Below are positions 7,394 through 14,189 of a stretch of DNA of 14,189 nt, piece by piece (the stretch's first letter is position 1; every line of letters begins with the position of its first letter). The stretch comes from Bdellovibrionota bacterium FG-2 (lineage in GTDB: Bacteria > Bdellovibrionota > UBA1018): positions 1 to 14,189 of the forward strand of contig JBBCAV010000328.1 of NCBI GenBank assembly GCA_051382305.1, read 5' to 3'. The position numbers and the translations under genes were made by a program. The notes under the pieces were generated by a model. It was given only the letters and a program-made list of their open reading frames with translations, made no database searches and had not been told where the DNA came from.

Positions 7394-8974
7394 GTGTCGA
7401 AACATAAAAAACGCATCGTGGGCGCCCTCCTTTTCATGGGTGTCGCGACTTCAGTACTTTTCTTGGGAATTACAAGGAGATCTCAATTGATTAACCTTAA
7501 GTCCAACCCACCAACTCGCCCCTCTTGTATCGCTGTCGGGATCCCTCAGATCCACCCCACTTACGACCCCAGCGCGCTCTCAAACACGGACAAAGTCTTT
7601 GTCGTTAATTCCCTGCTTGGAAAACTACTGTCGATAGGGCCAAGTAACGAAGTCTATTCTGCCATCATCAACCGTTGGAGTGTAGATCAAGACAAAAAGG
7701 TTTTTGATCTGTTCCTAAATCCTAACGCGCGTTTTTCAGATGGCACATCCATTCGCGTTGAAGATATTGTCGCCACCTTAAAACGCCTTATCCTCTTAGA
7801 AGGGGTGCATATTTCCTTAAGAGGCAAAATTCTTGGTGCAGATCAGCTAAACAAGATTACGGAGACAATCCCAGGAATTGAAACCCTATCCGCCAATCAA
7901 ATCAGAATTCGTCTGGCAAGCCCCGAGCCCGATTTTTTGTATTGGCTTGGGTTCCTTGAGCTTGGCGTATTAAGAGAAAGTGATGCCGCCCTACCTGCTG
8001 GAAAAATCACATTCAAAGTAACGAGCGGCGCCTATTTTCTGGAAAAACAAACCGCCACTGAGCTCACACTCAAAGCGAACCCCTATTTTTATGAAAAAAA
8101 AGGGGACGCCTCTGCTTGTATTACGGTTAAACAGTATTCAACACCGGAAAATGCTCTCAAAGCACTTTACGCCGATGAAATCCAAGTACTCGAATATGGC
8201 GCGGTTCTGAGTCGAGAATTTGGAAGCCTTTTAGACTCCCATCGCTTTGAGGTGACCCTCAGCAACTCCAAAGCGCTGCTCTATCTCATTTTGAATCCAA
8301 GGCGGGACCTTTTTCGCGACAAGCCCCAGAGACTTTGGTTAGCTCAAAAACTCAGGGAAGCTATGTTAATTCCCTACAAAGAAGGATCGATCTTTCTCCC
8401 CGCCGATCAGTTTTTGACTGATGATCATGTGGGTTTTTTGGACGCAACAGACATCAAAGCCATTCAGGGGGAACTCTCAACCCTAAGCCAACCGCCGAAT
8501 CAAAGCAAAATCAGAGTACTTTACCCGGAGGTTTTTGGAATGGAATATGCCGACCTTCTTAAAAACCAGATAAAAATCGCTGCGCACCTTGATACCGAGT
8601 TTCTAATGGCCACCGATCAAAGCGCCCGCCAGCGAATCGAAAGCGATGACTATGATGCGACCGTGATGATCACCGGGATGGGCGAGAAGGCGACCAACAT
8701 TCTTCTTTCCTATCACTTTCAGCCTCTTCTTAAGTTCTACAGGTTTCCTGCTCTCGACCTTCAAAGCCTTTTGGAAAAAAGTGAAGCAACGGGAGATCCA
8801 AATGAGCGGCGAAATTATTATCGCGAACTCTCGAAATCCATTCTTCGCCAAGGGTACATTTTGCCCGTTTCTGTCTACAAATGGCCGACTTTTCATCGAA
8901 GTGATCTGTTTTTTCAAAACCACCATGACTACATCTACGACACGGAACTATGGAATCTCTCCTGGAAGCCGTAA
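7394..8974 (+). CDS. ABC-type family 5 (OppA/DppA-like) extracytoplasmic solute-binding protein, N-terminally anchored, orphan
   Basis: N-terminal basic + hydrophobic segment; YDP, RWSVDQDKKVFDLFLNPNARFSDGTSIRVEDIVATL, SGAYFL, LKANPYF, DPNERRNYYRELSKSIL...ILPV. No permease or ATPase genes in the window. Confidence 0.9.
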   Translation: MSKHKKRIVGALLFMGVATSVLFLGITRRSQLINLKSNPPTRPSCIAVGIPQIHPTYDPSALSNTDKVFVVNSLLGKLLSIGPSNEVYSAIINRWSVDQDKKVFDLFLNPNARFSDGTSIRVEDIVATLKRLILLEGVHISLRGKILGADQLNKITETIPGIETLSANQIRIRLASPEPDFLYWLGFLELGVLRESDAALPAGKITFKVTSGAYFLEKQTATELTLKANPYFYEKKGDASACITVKQYSTPENALKALYADEIQVLEYGAVLSREFGSLLDSHRFEVTLSNSKALLYLILNPRRDLFRDKPQRLWLAQKLREAMLIPYKEGSIFLPADQFLTDDHVGFLDATDIKAIQGELSTLSQPPNQSKIRVLYPEVFGMEYADLLKNQIKIAAHLDTEFLMATDQSARQRIESDDYDATVMITGMGEKATNILLSYHFQPLLKFYRFPALDLQSLLEKSEATGDPNERRNYYRELSKSILRQGYILPVSVYKWPTFHRSDLFFQNHHDYIYDTELWNLSWKP

Positions 8975-10161
8975 GTTCGAAGCTCATAGACGAGCAAGAG
9001 TACCTGAGGGTTGCGTCCCATGTTTTAGGAGCTTGGGATTTTTCATCGTTCATTGGTAACCGGATTTTTCCCAACCAAAGCAGAATCAAGCTCGCAGATT
9101 TTTTTGCCCATCTTTCTAGAGATTTTGATGCAGAGTTTGGTGCGTTTTCGATAAAGAACACAAATCCATTTTTCGCAGAGCAGACAACAGTTTCTGCTGA
9201 ACTTCGATTGCCTGCGAGGTTTCCTGAAAACCAACGTTTACTCTTAGGTTCAGGCGAGCGAGCGGAAAAAGAAGAATCAAAATATATTGCGCTTGTCGAA
9301 CTCTTGGAGAGACTTTGTTTTAAACTGAGTGCAGAAAGAGGGTTGAGGCATTGCATTGACCTAAAGACCGGTAAAACTTGCCATCGGTCTTATCACCCAG
9401 AAAACACTTCCGGCATGGCGATCCATACCGATCCAAAGCTCTCCCTGGAAAATGCGATTTTCGAACTGATTGAACGAGACGCGTATATGTGCCATTGGCT
9501 TACCCAAATAAGGCCGATACCCATCGTACTTCGTGAACATCGGGTTTTCGATCAAGTTCAAGCACGAATGAGCGAGCTGGGCCTTGAGTTTTCCGCTTTT
9601 CTCCTTAAGGGGCTGTGCGGAGTTCCTGTAGTCCTAGTTTCTTCATATGATCGGCAATTTCGCAACGATAGCACCTCTTTTTGCCACGGGATTAGCGCTG
9701 CTGGCTCCATAGAGATCGCGTTTGATAAAGCGGTGGGCGAACTTGTTCGGTTCAACAACCACTGCGCCAACCTTGGAGGTATTGCTCGGCAGGTAAAGTC
9801 TGAAATTTCAGAGCCCATGGGCCGATTCTATTACTACCTTGATCCGAATAGACTTGGAGACTTGTCGGTCTTTATGTCTGATGGCACTCGGCCCACGATA
9901 GTCGACAAAAAAAGTTGGCACAAAACTTCTCACAAGACAAAAGATCTGATTAAGCAGATGACTCGAATGGGACCTTTGTATCTTTACCCCGCTCGACAAT
10001 TCGCCATCGTCGCGGATACTTTTTTTCCATTTCTTGTCGATTGTGATTTTGTCCAAAAGCCAAACTACGGAGATAAACTTGTGATTAATCAATCAAGAAT
10101 TGAACAATTCAGTTCCCAAGGGTCGCAGGGACTCTGCATGAAACCGCACCCACTCCCATGA
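8950..10161 (+). CDS. YcaO-family ATP-dependent peptide backbone-modifying enzyme (stand-alone)
   Basis: SKYIALVELLER, NTSGMA...AIFELIERDA, GVPVVLV, GISAA...FDKAVGE, and the Pro-rich C-terminus KPHPLP. Confidence 0.9.
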   Translation: MESLLEAVSSKLIDEQEYLRVASHVLGAWDFSSFIGNRIFPNQSRIKLADFFAHLSRDFDAEFGAFSIKNTNPFFAEQTTVSAELRLPARFPENQRLLLGSGERAEKEESKYIALVELLERLCFKLSAERGLRHCIDLKTGKTCHRSYHPENTSGMAIHTDPKLSLENAIFELIERDAYMCHWLTQIRPIPIVLREHRVFDQVQARMSELGLEFSAFLLKGLCGVPVVLVSSYDRQFRNDSTSFCHGISAAGSIEIAFDKAVGELVRFNNHCANLGGIARQVKSEISEPMGRFYYYLDPNRLGDLSVFMSDGTRPTIVDKKSWHKTSHKTKDLIKQMTRMGPLYLYPARQFAIVADTFFPFLVDCDFVQKPNYGDKLVINQSRIEQFSSQGSQGLCMKPHPLP

Positions 10162-11957
10162 AGATTCGTGAATTGAACCCCATTTACGTTTCCTCAGTTG
10201 CCTTATTCTTATTGGGAAACGGGGCTATGCTTGTCGGACAAAAAATTCATTTACGGGGAATGGATCGCCAAGTTGAGGTCATGACCAGGCGCCACATTCT
10301 TTCGGGAGATTTTAACGTCGCTAAAGAAGCGATGACCGCACTGAAACCTACATTCATTGAGAGTTTTCAGATTGTAGACGCGAGCAGATCAAAAGACCTG
10401 ACCTGCGCACGAGGAATGAGGGCGGTTCCGATGTATTTTGACTCCGACCGCATTATTCCAAAAGCTTCTGTTTGCTATACCCCTGACCGTAAAGTTTTTT
10501 TTGAAGTCTTATTTTTGGTGAATGTGCTCATTGTGCTGGCCGCAGGATCAATGATTTTGCTCCAACGGCGATACTTGAAACTTGTTCAGAATTCACAGCG
10601 CGATTTTTTCAGTCGGTTTTTGGGGATGATGGAACACTATATTCGAAGCGACTTCTCAAAAGGTTCCGAACCTCAATTAGAGTTATCAAAGGATTCAGGT
10701 GAATTTGAAAAGAAGGTGAAAAACCTGATTCAACTTTATATTACACAGAAGTCAAAAATGGATTTGCAAGTCTCACTCTCGAATCTTGCCTCCCAAGTCG
10801 CACATGATATTCGCTCACCACTTACCAGTCTCAACGTGGTCATTGAAAAAGTGCAAGCCCATGGCGTCCTAGACGAGCAAAGCCGCACCATGGTGCGAAC
10901 GGCGGTAGGACGTATTCGCGACATCGCCAACAACCTGCTGTCTCAAAATCGCAGTCTCAGCGTCGGCGCAACAGACTTGGAACCATTGCCATCCACACCC
11001 GATTTAACAACCAAACCTACTTCTCCCACATCAAATGAAACCGCATCTCCAACACTTTTATGTACCCTCATCGACTTGATTGCCTCAGAAAAGCGCGCGC
11101 AATTTTCTAAACAAATTGAAGACGGAAAGCTAGAGATCCTTACCGATCTGTCAAGCGGATATGGGCTTTTTGCGAAAATCCAGCCCACCGAATTTTCACG
11201 TCTTCTCTCCAATCTCATCAATAATGCAGTTGAAGCGATGTCTGGGGTGGGGAGGGTGCAAATTACTCTTAAACCATCGCCCATAAGCGAGGCCAAAATA
11301 GAGCTGGAGATTTCGGACAATGGCAAAGGGATTCCACCCGAATTGATTCCCTTGCTCGGCACCAAGGGCAACACCTTTGGCAAAAATGGTGGGTCGGGTC
11401 TCGGACTGTATCATGCCAAAACAAGTGTTGAGTCATGGGATGGCGAATTTTTGATTGAGTCCTCTCAAGAAGCGCGTTTTACGAGAACCAAGCTTCGCCT
11501 TCCAAAGCTTGACTCAACAGAGATTCCTAAATGGTTTCCTGAACTACTTTTGATCAACGCCCAAATGACGATTGTCGTTTTAGATGATGACCCCACCATT
11601 CACGACGTTTGGAACGAGAGGTTTCGCGACCTTTTGACAGCTAATCATAAAATTGACCTTTTGCATTTTCACAGCCCTGAGGAAATCCTTGCCTGGTATC
11701 GAAAAACCTTGGGTCCAGAAGGGGACGCACTCTATCTTTGCGATTATGAAATGCGGGGAAGCAAACATTCCGGAATCGATGTCATTCAAATGCTCGACAT
11801 TGCGAAAAAAAGCATCCTAGTGACGAGCCACACCAGTACGGCCACTCATGGCGACGCTCCTCTGATAAGCGAGCGATGCGAAAAACTTGGAATCAGGTTT
11901 CTGCCAAAAGCGCTGGCTGCCTTAATTCCTATTAAAGTGGCACTCCCCAGCTCCTGA
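10158..11957 (+). CDS. Hybrid sensor histidine kinase (2 TM, small periplasmic domain, HisKA, HATPase_c, receiver-like domain)
   Basis: QVAHDIRSPL, NLINNAVEAM, DNGKGIP, GSGLGL. Receiver motifs IVVLDDD...LCDYEM...GIDV...LVTS...LPK. ATGA overlap with the YcaO stop. Confidence 0.94.
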   Translation: MKIRELNPIYVSSVALFLLGNGAMLVGQKIHLRGMDRQVEVMTRRHILSGDFNVAKEAMTALKPTFIESFQIVDASRSKDLTCARGMRAVPMYFDSDRIIPKASVCYTPDRKVFFEVLFLVNVLIVLAAGSMILLQRRYLKLVQNSQRDFFSRFLGMMEHYIRSDFSKGSEPQLELSKDSGEFEKKVKNLIQLYITQKSKMDLQVSLSNLASQVAHDIRSPLTSLNVVIEKVQAHGVLDEQSRTMVRTAVGRIRDIANNLLSQNRSLSVGATDLEPLPSTPDLTTKPTSPTSNETASPTLLCTLIDLIASEKRAQFSKQIEDGKLEILTDLSSGYGLFAKIQPTEFSRLLSNLINNAVEAMSGVGRVQITLKPSPISEAKIELEISDNGKGIPPELIPLLGTKGNTFGKNGGSGLGLYHAKTSVESWDGEFLIESSQEARFTRTKLRLPKLDSTEIPKWFPELLLINAQMTIVVLDDDPTIHDVWNERFRDLLTANHKIDLLHFHSPEEILAWYRKTLGPEGDALYLCDYEMRGSKHSGIDVIQMLDIAKKSILVTSHTSTATHGDAPLISERCEKLGIRFLPKALAALIPIKVALPSS

Positions 11958-11964
11958 TGCGTGA

Positions 11965-12315
11965 TTACTGATTCATCTTAGGATGAAGCGGCTTTGCATT
12001 GTTTTCGTGGTCGAATTTCGCAAGCTCACTGGCCATCTTGGCTTGAATATAGCCGGAGTAAGTCCCATCACCGTGACGAATGATTTCCTTCAGGAGTTCT
12101 ACCGAGGGTTGAGTGCGACCGTTACGCTCTTTTTCATACATGAGTTGAGTTAAAGTCGTCGCCGTAATGTCATTCTTCGTTTTGTTATCAATAACCCGAA
12201 CATCTCGCCCCGCTTTGAGCGTCTTGTCGATCTCGTCGAGGGTGACGTAGACGGACTCTTCGGTGTCGTAGAGCTTGCGGTTCTGATAGCGTTTGATGAT
12301 TTTGGCTTCGGTCAT
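11965..12315 (-). CDS. PhaR-like (PHB/PHA accumulation regulator N-terminal) DNA-binding protein
   Basis: IIKRYQNRKLYDTEESVYVTLDEI...VRVIDNKTKNDITATTLTQL...LLKEII matches the family pattern. ATGA overlap with the upstream gene. Confidence 0.9.
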   Translation of the reverse strand: MTEAKIIKRYQNRKLYDTEESVYVTLDEIDKTLKAGRDVRVIDNKTKNDITATTLTQLMYEKERNGRTQPSVELLKEIIRHGDGTYSGYIQAKMASELAKFDHENNAKPLHPKMNQ

Positions 12316-12773
12316 AAATTCCCCCGTTGGCGCCCTTTATCCACCAAGAGACGTCGCTCCGCAACCCAAGAGTAGGGCGCGGTGCGTAATTTGTTTGGGC
12401 TGGTTGATCCCTTTCGTTCCCAGACGACTCGCAGCCCTTGATTTAGGTCACTCGTTTCACTTAAAATAAGCTCCCGACCTTTGAGGGTAATAGAACGCCT
12501 CTGAGTGGTTCCCAATCTCTTTGCCAAATTAGAAACCTCCACCTGATGGCAAACAAACGGGCCATCAATACTAAACGTACCGGCATAGGCAATCGTGTGA
12601 TCGCGTAACTCATTGTCGATAAGTGCCTGACCTTGAATGATCACGGACATAGAGAGATCTGGGAGATAAAGTAGTATTCCACTGAAAGTTTCAGGGTAAA
12701 GCGAATGAGCCTTCAAATGCCACGTTCCAATGAGATCTTCAGGTTCGAATGGAGGGGACGGATTTTGGGTCAT
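12312..12773 (-). CDS. Lipocalin-like domain protein
   Basis: LIGTWHL, GILLY...MSV, IAYAGTFSI, HQVEVS...GTTQRR, VWER: the pattern of bacterial Lipocalin_5-type proteins. Confidence 0.8.
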   Translation of the reverse strand: MTQNPSPPFEPEDLIGTWHLKAHSLYPETFSGILLYLPDLSMSVIIQGQALIDNELRDHTIAYAGTFSIDGPFVCHQVEVSNLAKRLGTTQRRSITLKGRELILSETSDLNQGLRVVWERKGSTSPNKLRTAPYSWVAERRLLVDKGRQRGNL

Positions 12774-12789
12774 ACAATTATGCGAAGGA

Positions 12790-13290
12790 TTATTTCTTGC
12801 TACCAGGGCCTAAGAATTTTTCTAAGGCTGGCTTGACCTTGCTGTTGTGGAAGTCTATGCATTTAGTGTTTTCAGGGTCATTGTCGAGGTATTTTGAGCA
12901 TTCCTTTATTCCTGGTAAGGTAATTTTGAGACACTCTTCCATAAAGTGCACCGCTACGAGTGCTGCTTCATCGGTGAGATGTGCAAGTTTGCTTTTTCGT
13001 TTCAATTGGTAGTCGCTGAACGAATCCGAAGAGGATCGCGCTTCCATTTTTTCGTTAAGGATTAGGGTCGCCTTTTCTTCCAACTCCTTCGGGAAGGCGT
13101 TCATTTTTTGTCCTGAACTTTTGGCCGCTTCTTTAGCGGTGTTGATTCTGATTTGCTCAAGCAGCCCCCTAAACGCAAAACCTTTGCAAACAGTCTCAGC
13201 AGCTGCTTTAAGCTCTGCTTCCTCAGCAAATGCGGCCTGTCCCATCAGGAATATCAACCCAAGTCCTGCGAAAATGGAATATTTCTTCAT
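12790..13290 (-). CDS. Secreted hypothetical protein, helical, 4 Cys
   Basis: Signal peptide MKKYSIFAGLGLIFLMGQAAFA; charged K/E/A-rich mature region; no family recognised. Confidence 0.75.
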   Translation of the reverse strand: MKKYSIFAGLGLIFLMGQAAFAEEAELKAAAETVCKGFAFRGLLEQIRINTAKEAAKSSGQKMNAFPKELEEKATLILNEKMEARSSSDSFSDYQLKRKSKLAHLTDEAALVAVHFMEECLKITLPGIKECSKYLDNDPENTKCIDFHNSKVKPALEKFLGPGSKK

Positions 13291-13295
13291 AACAA

Positions 13296-13324
13296 ACTAT
13301 AGGATCCTCAAGCGACAAAATCAA
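13296..13324 (-). promoter_or_regulatory. Putative sigma70 promoter for the 166-aa gene
   Basis: Minus strand TTGATT-N17-TATAGT, then 5 nt to the ATG. Confidence 0.5.
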
Positions 13325-13372
13325 TAGGGCAACGAAAGGTGGCTTAGGTTTTCTCCCAGACCTAGAACCTTC

Positions 13373-13414
13373 TTTTCCATTTTTGAAACATTCATGTTCC
13401 GAAAGTGGAACATG
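13373..13414. promoter_or_regulatory. Tandem palindromic sites (candidate enhancer/UAS) upstream of the sigma54 promoter
   Basis: Perfect CATGTTCC-N6-GGAACATG (13393-13414) and degenerate TTTTCC-N6-GAAACA (13373-13390), offset by 22 bp. Confidence 0.65.
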
Positions 13415-13445
13415 CTCTCCGCCGAGATTTTCCTGAATCGTAATA

Positions 13446-13458
13446 TTTCAACAACTTA
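13446..13458 (+). promoter_or_regulatory. IHF-like binding site
   Basis: TTTCAACAACTTA, one mismatch to WATCAANNNNTTR, between the palindromes and the -24 element. Confidence 0.5.
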
Positions 13459-13473
13459 CGTGTAACCAAGCTC

Positions 13474-13489
13474 TGGCACCGACATTGCT
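13474..13489 (+). promoter_or_regulatory. Sigma54 -24/-12 promoter
   Basis: TGGCAC-CGACA-TTGCT, a perfect match to TGGCAC-N5-TTGCW. Confidence 0.88.
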
Positions 13490-13511
13490 TTAGTGGTCCC
13501 CAATAACAAAT

Positions 13512-13529
13512 TGTTCCGAAGACGGAACA
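13512..13529. promoter_or_regulatory. Third copy of the TGTTCC-N6-GGAACA palindrome, in the 5' UTR
   Basis: TGTTCCGAAGACGGAACA versus the upstream TGTTCCGAAAGTGGAACA. Confidence 0.65.
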
Positions 13530-13544
13530 GAAAAGGGGATCTAT

Positions 13545-13763
13545 ATGATTAAGACGCTAAAGAGTTGGTTGGGCAATCTGGTTAGTACAAATGAGGGTTT
13601 TTCCCTACACAAGACGGGCAGAAGAATGGTGGCGCGGCCCAAGCGCGCTGTTCGCGATATCGCCTTGGACATCAACGGCGAGAGGATACTCACACTGCCT
13701 GTATCCTATTTCTCGACCTTAGAAGAGGGACGTGCGCGCGCCTATTTCCCGAGGGGGCTCTGA
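13545..13763 (+). CDS. Small basic hypothetical protein (72 aa)
   Basis: SD-like AAGGGGA upstream; first ORF after the sigma54 promoter; the stop is 1 nt before the next ATG. Confidence 0.65.
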   Translation: MIKTLKSWLGNLVSTNEGFSLHKTGRRMVARPKRAVRDIALDINGERILTLPVSYFSTLEEGRARAYFPRGL

Positions 13764-13764
13764 T

Positions 13765-14189
13765 ATGAACTCCCTAAAAGACAAATCGATTCCGGTGATG
13801 GCGATCCTAGTTGAAGAGGAGCTTCGGATTCGAAAGCTGTGGCAACACTTCTTTCACAAAAACGGACTGCTCTTATTGGTGTTCGACTCCCCAGAGCAGT
13901 TCTTGAAGCATTACAAGCCAAATGGCCGCCCAATTGAGCTCTTTTTTGATCAAGACTTTGGTAATCGTCGCGGCGAAGGGGTGAAGCTTGCTCGCCTAGT
14001 TGTCTCGTGGCCGGGGCGTGTTGCGACCAATCTTGTAACTTCATACGAACCCCAGAATTTTGCCTCCGAATTTCGCGAAGGCATTTTGGATGATGTCTTG
14101 TCTAAGTTCCCCGAAGAGATCTTCGGTCCGAACTATTTTCTCGATCATTGCCTTGATGCTGAACCTCCCGCGAGCTTATTTGGTTTCAG
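13765..14189 (+). CDS. CheY-like receiver-domain protein; 3'-partial
   Basis: Translated by hand: MNSLKDKSIPVMAILVEEELRIRKLWQHFF...VFDSPEQFL...LFFDQDFGNRRGEGVKLA...LVTSY...VLSKFP. It has the acidic pocket, phospho-Asp, Thr and Lys. SD GAGGGGG upstream; open to the window end. Confidence 0.8.
   Translation, partial: MNSLKDKSIPVMAILVEEELRIRKLWQHFFHKNGLLLLVFDSPEQFLKHYKPNGRPIELFFDQDFGNRRGEGVKLARLVVSWPGRVATNLVTSYEPQNFASEFREGILDDVLSKFPEEIFGPNYFLDHCLDAEPPASLFGF

Noticed and set aside
8730-9356. 208-aa minus-strand ORF and the other short nested or antisense ORFs in the track
   Set aside because: They are shadows of well-supported genes and have no recognisable motifs.
8950-10161. Classical TOMM/LAP, thiopeptide or thioamitide cluster
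   Set aside because: No Cys/Ser/Thr-rich core peptide, E1-like protein, dehydrogenase, lanthipeptide dehydratase, TfuA or exporter is visible in the window.
13742-14044. 100-aa minus-strand ORF
   Set aside because: It is antisense to the receiver-domain gene, which has an SD, a promoter and conserved motifs.
1-14189. CRISPR arrays, tRNA/rRNA genes, transposases or integrases
   Set aside because: I saw no regularly spaced direct repeats, RNA gene signatures or recombinase motifs by eye.

Overview
Bacterial window; the gene content suggests Bdellovibrionota, which is an inference. The left edge holds the 3' part of an SF1 helicase with a C-terminal Vsr/restriction-endonuclease-like domain. 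The core (2.5-12 kb) is a divergent signalling locus. Leftward: a small Sec-secreted peptide, a sigma54-dependent NtrC-type activator with its own -24/-12 promoter, a phytochelatin-synthase-like papain protease, and a ~10-TM hybrid histidine kinase broken by one in-frame TAG. Rightward: an orphan family-5 peptide-binding protein, a compact stand-alone YcaO ending in PHPLP, and a second hybrid histidine kinase. My best hypothesis is a YcaO/RiPP-linked peptide signalling (quorum-sensing-like) system. The right part carries a PhaR-like regulator, a lipocalin-like protein and a secreted 4-Cys protein. It ends with a sigma54 promoter (tandem palindromic sites, IHF-like site) driving a 72-aa ORF and a receiver-domain gene that the ORF track missed. 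All family calls are by motif recognition only; no searches were run.
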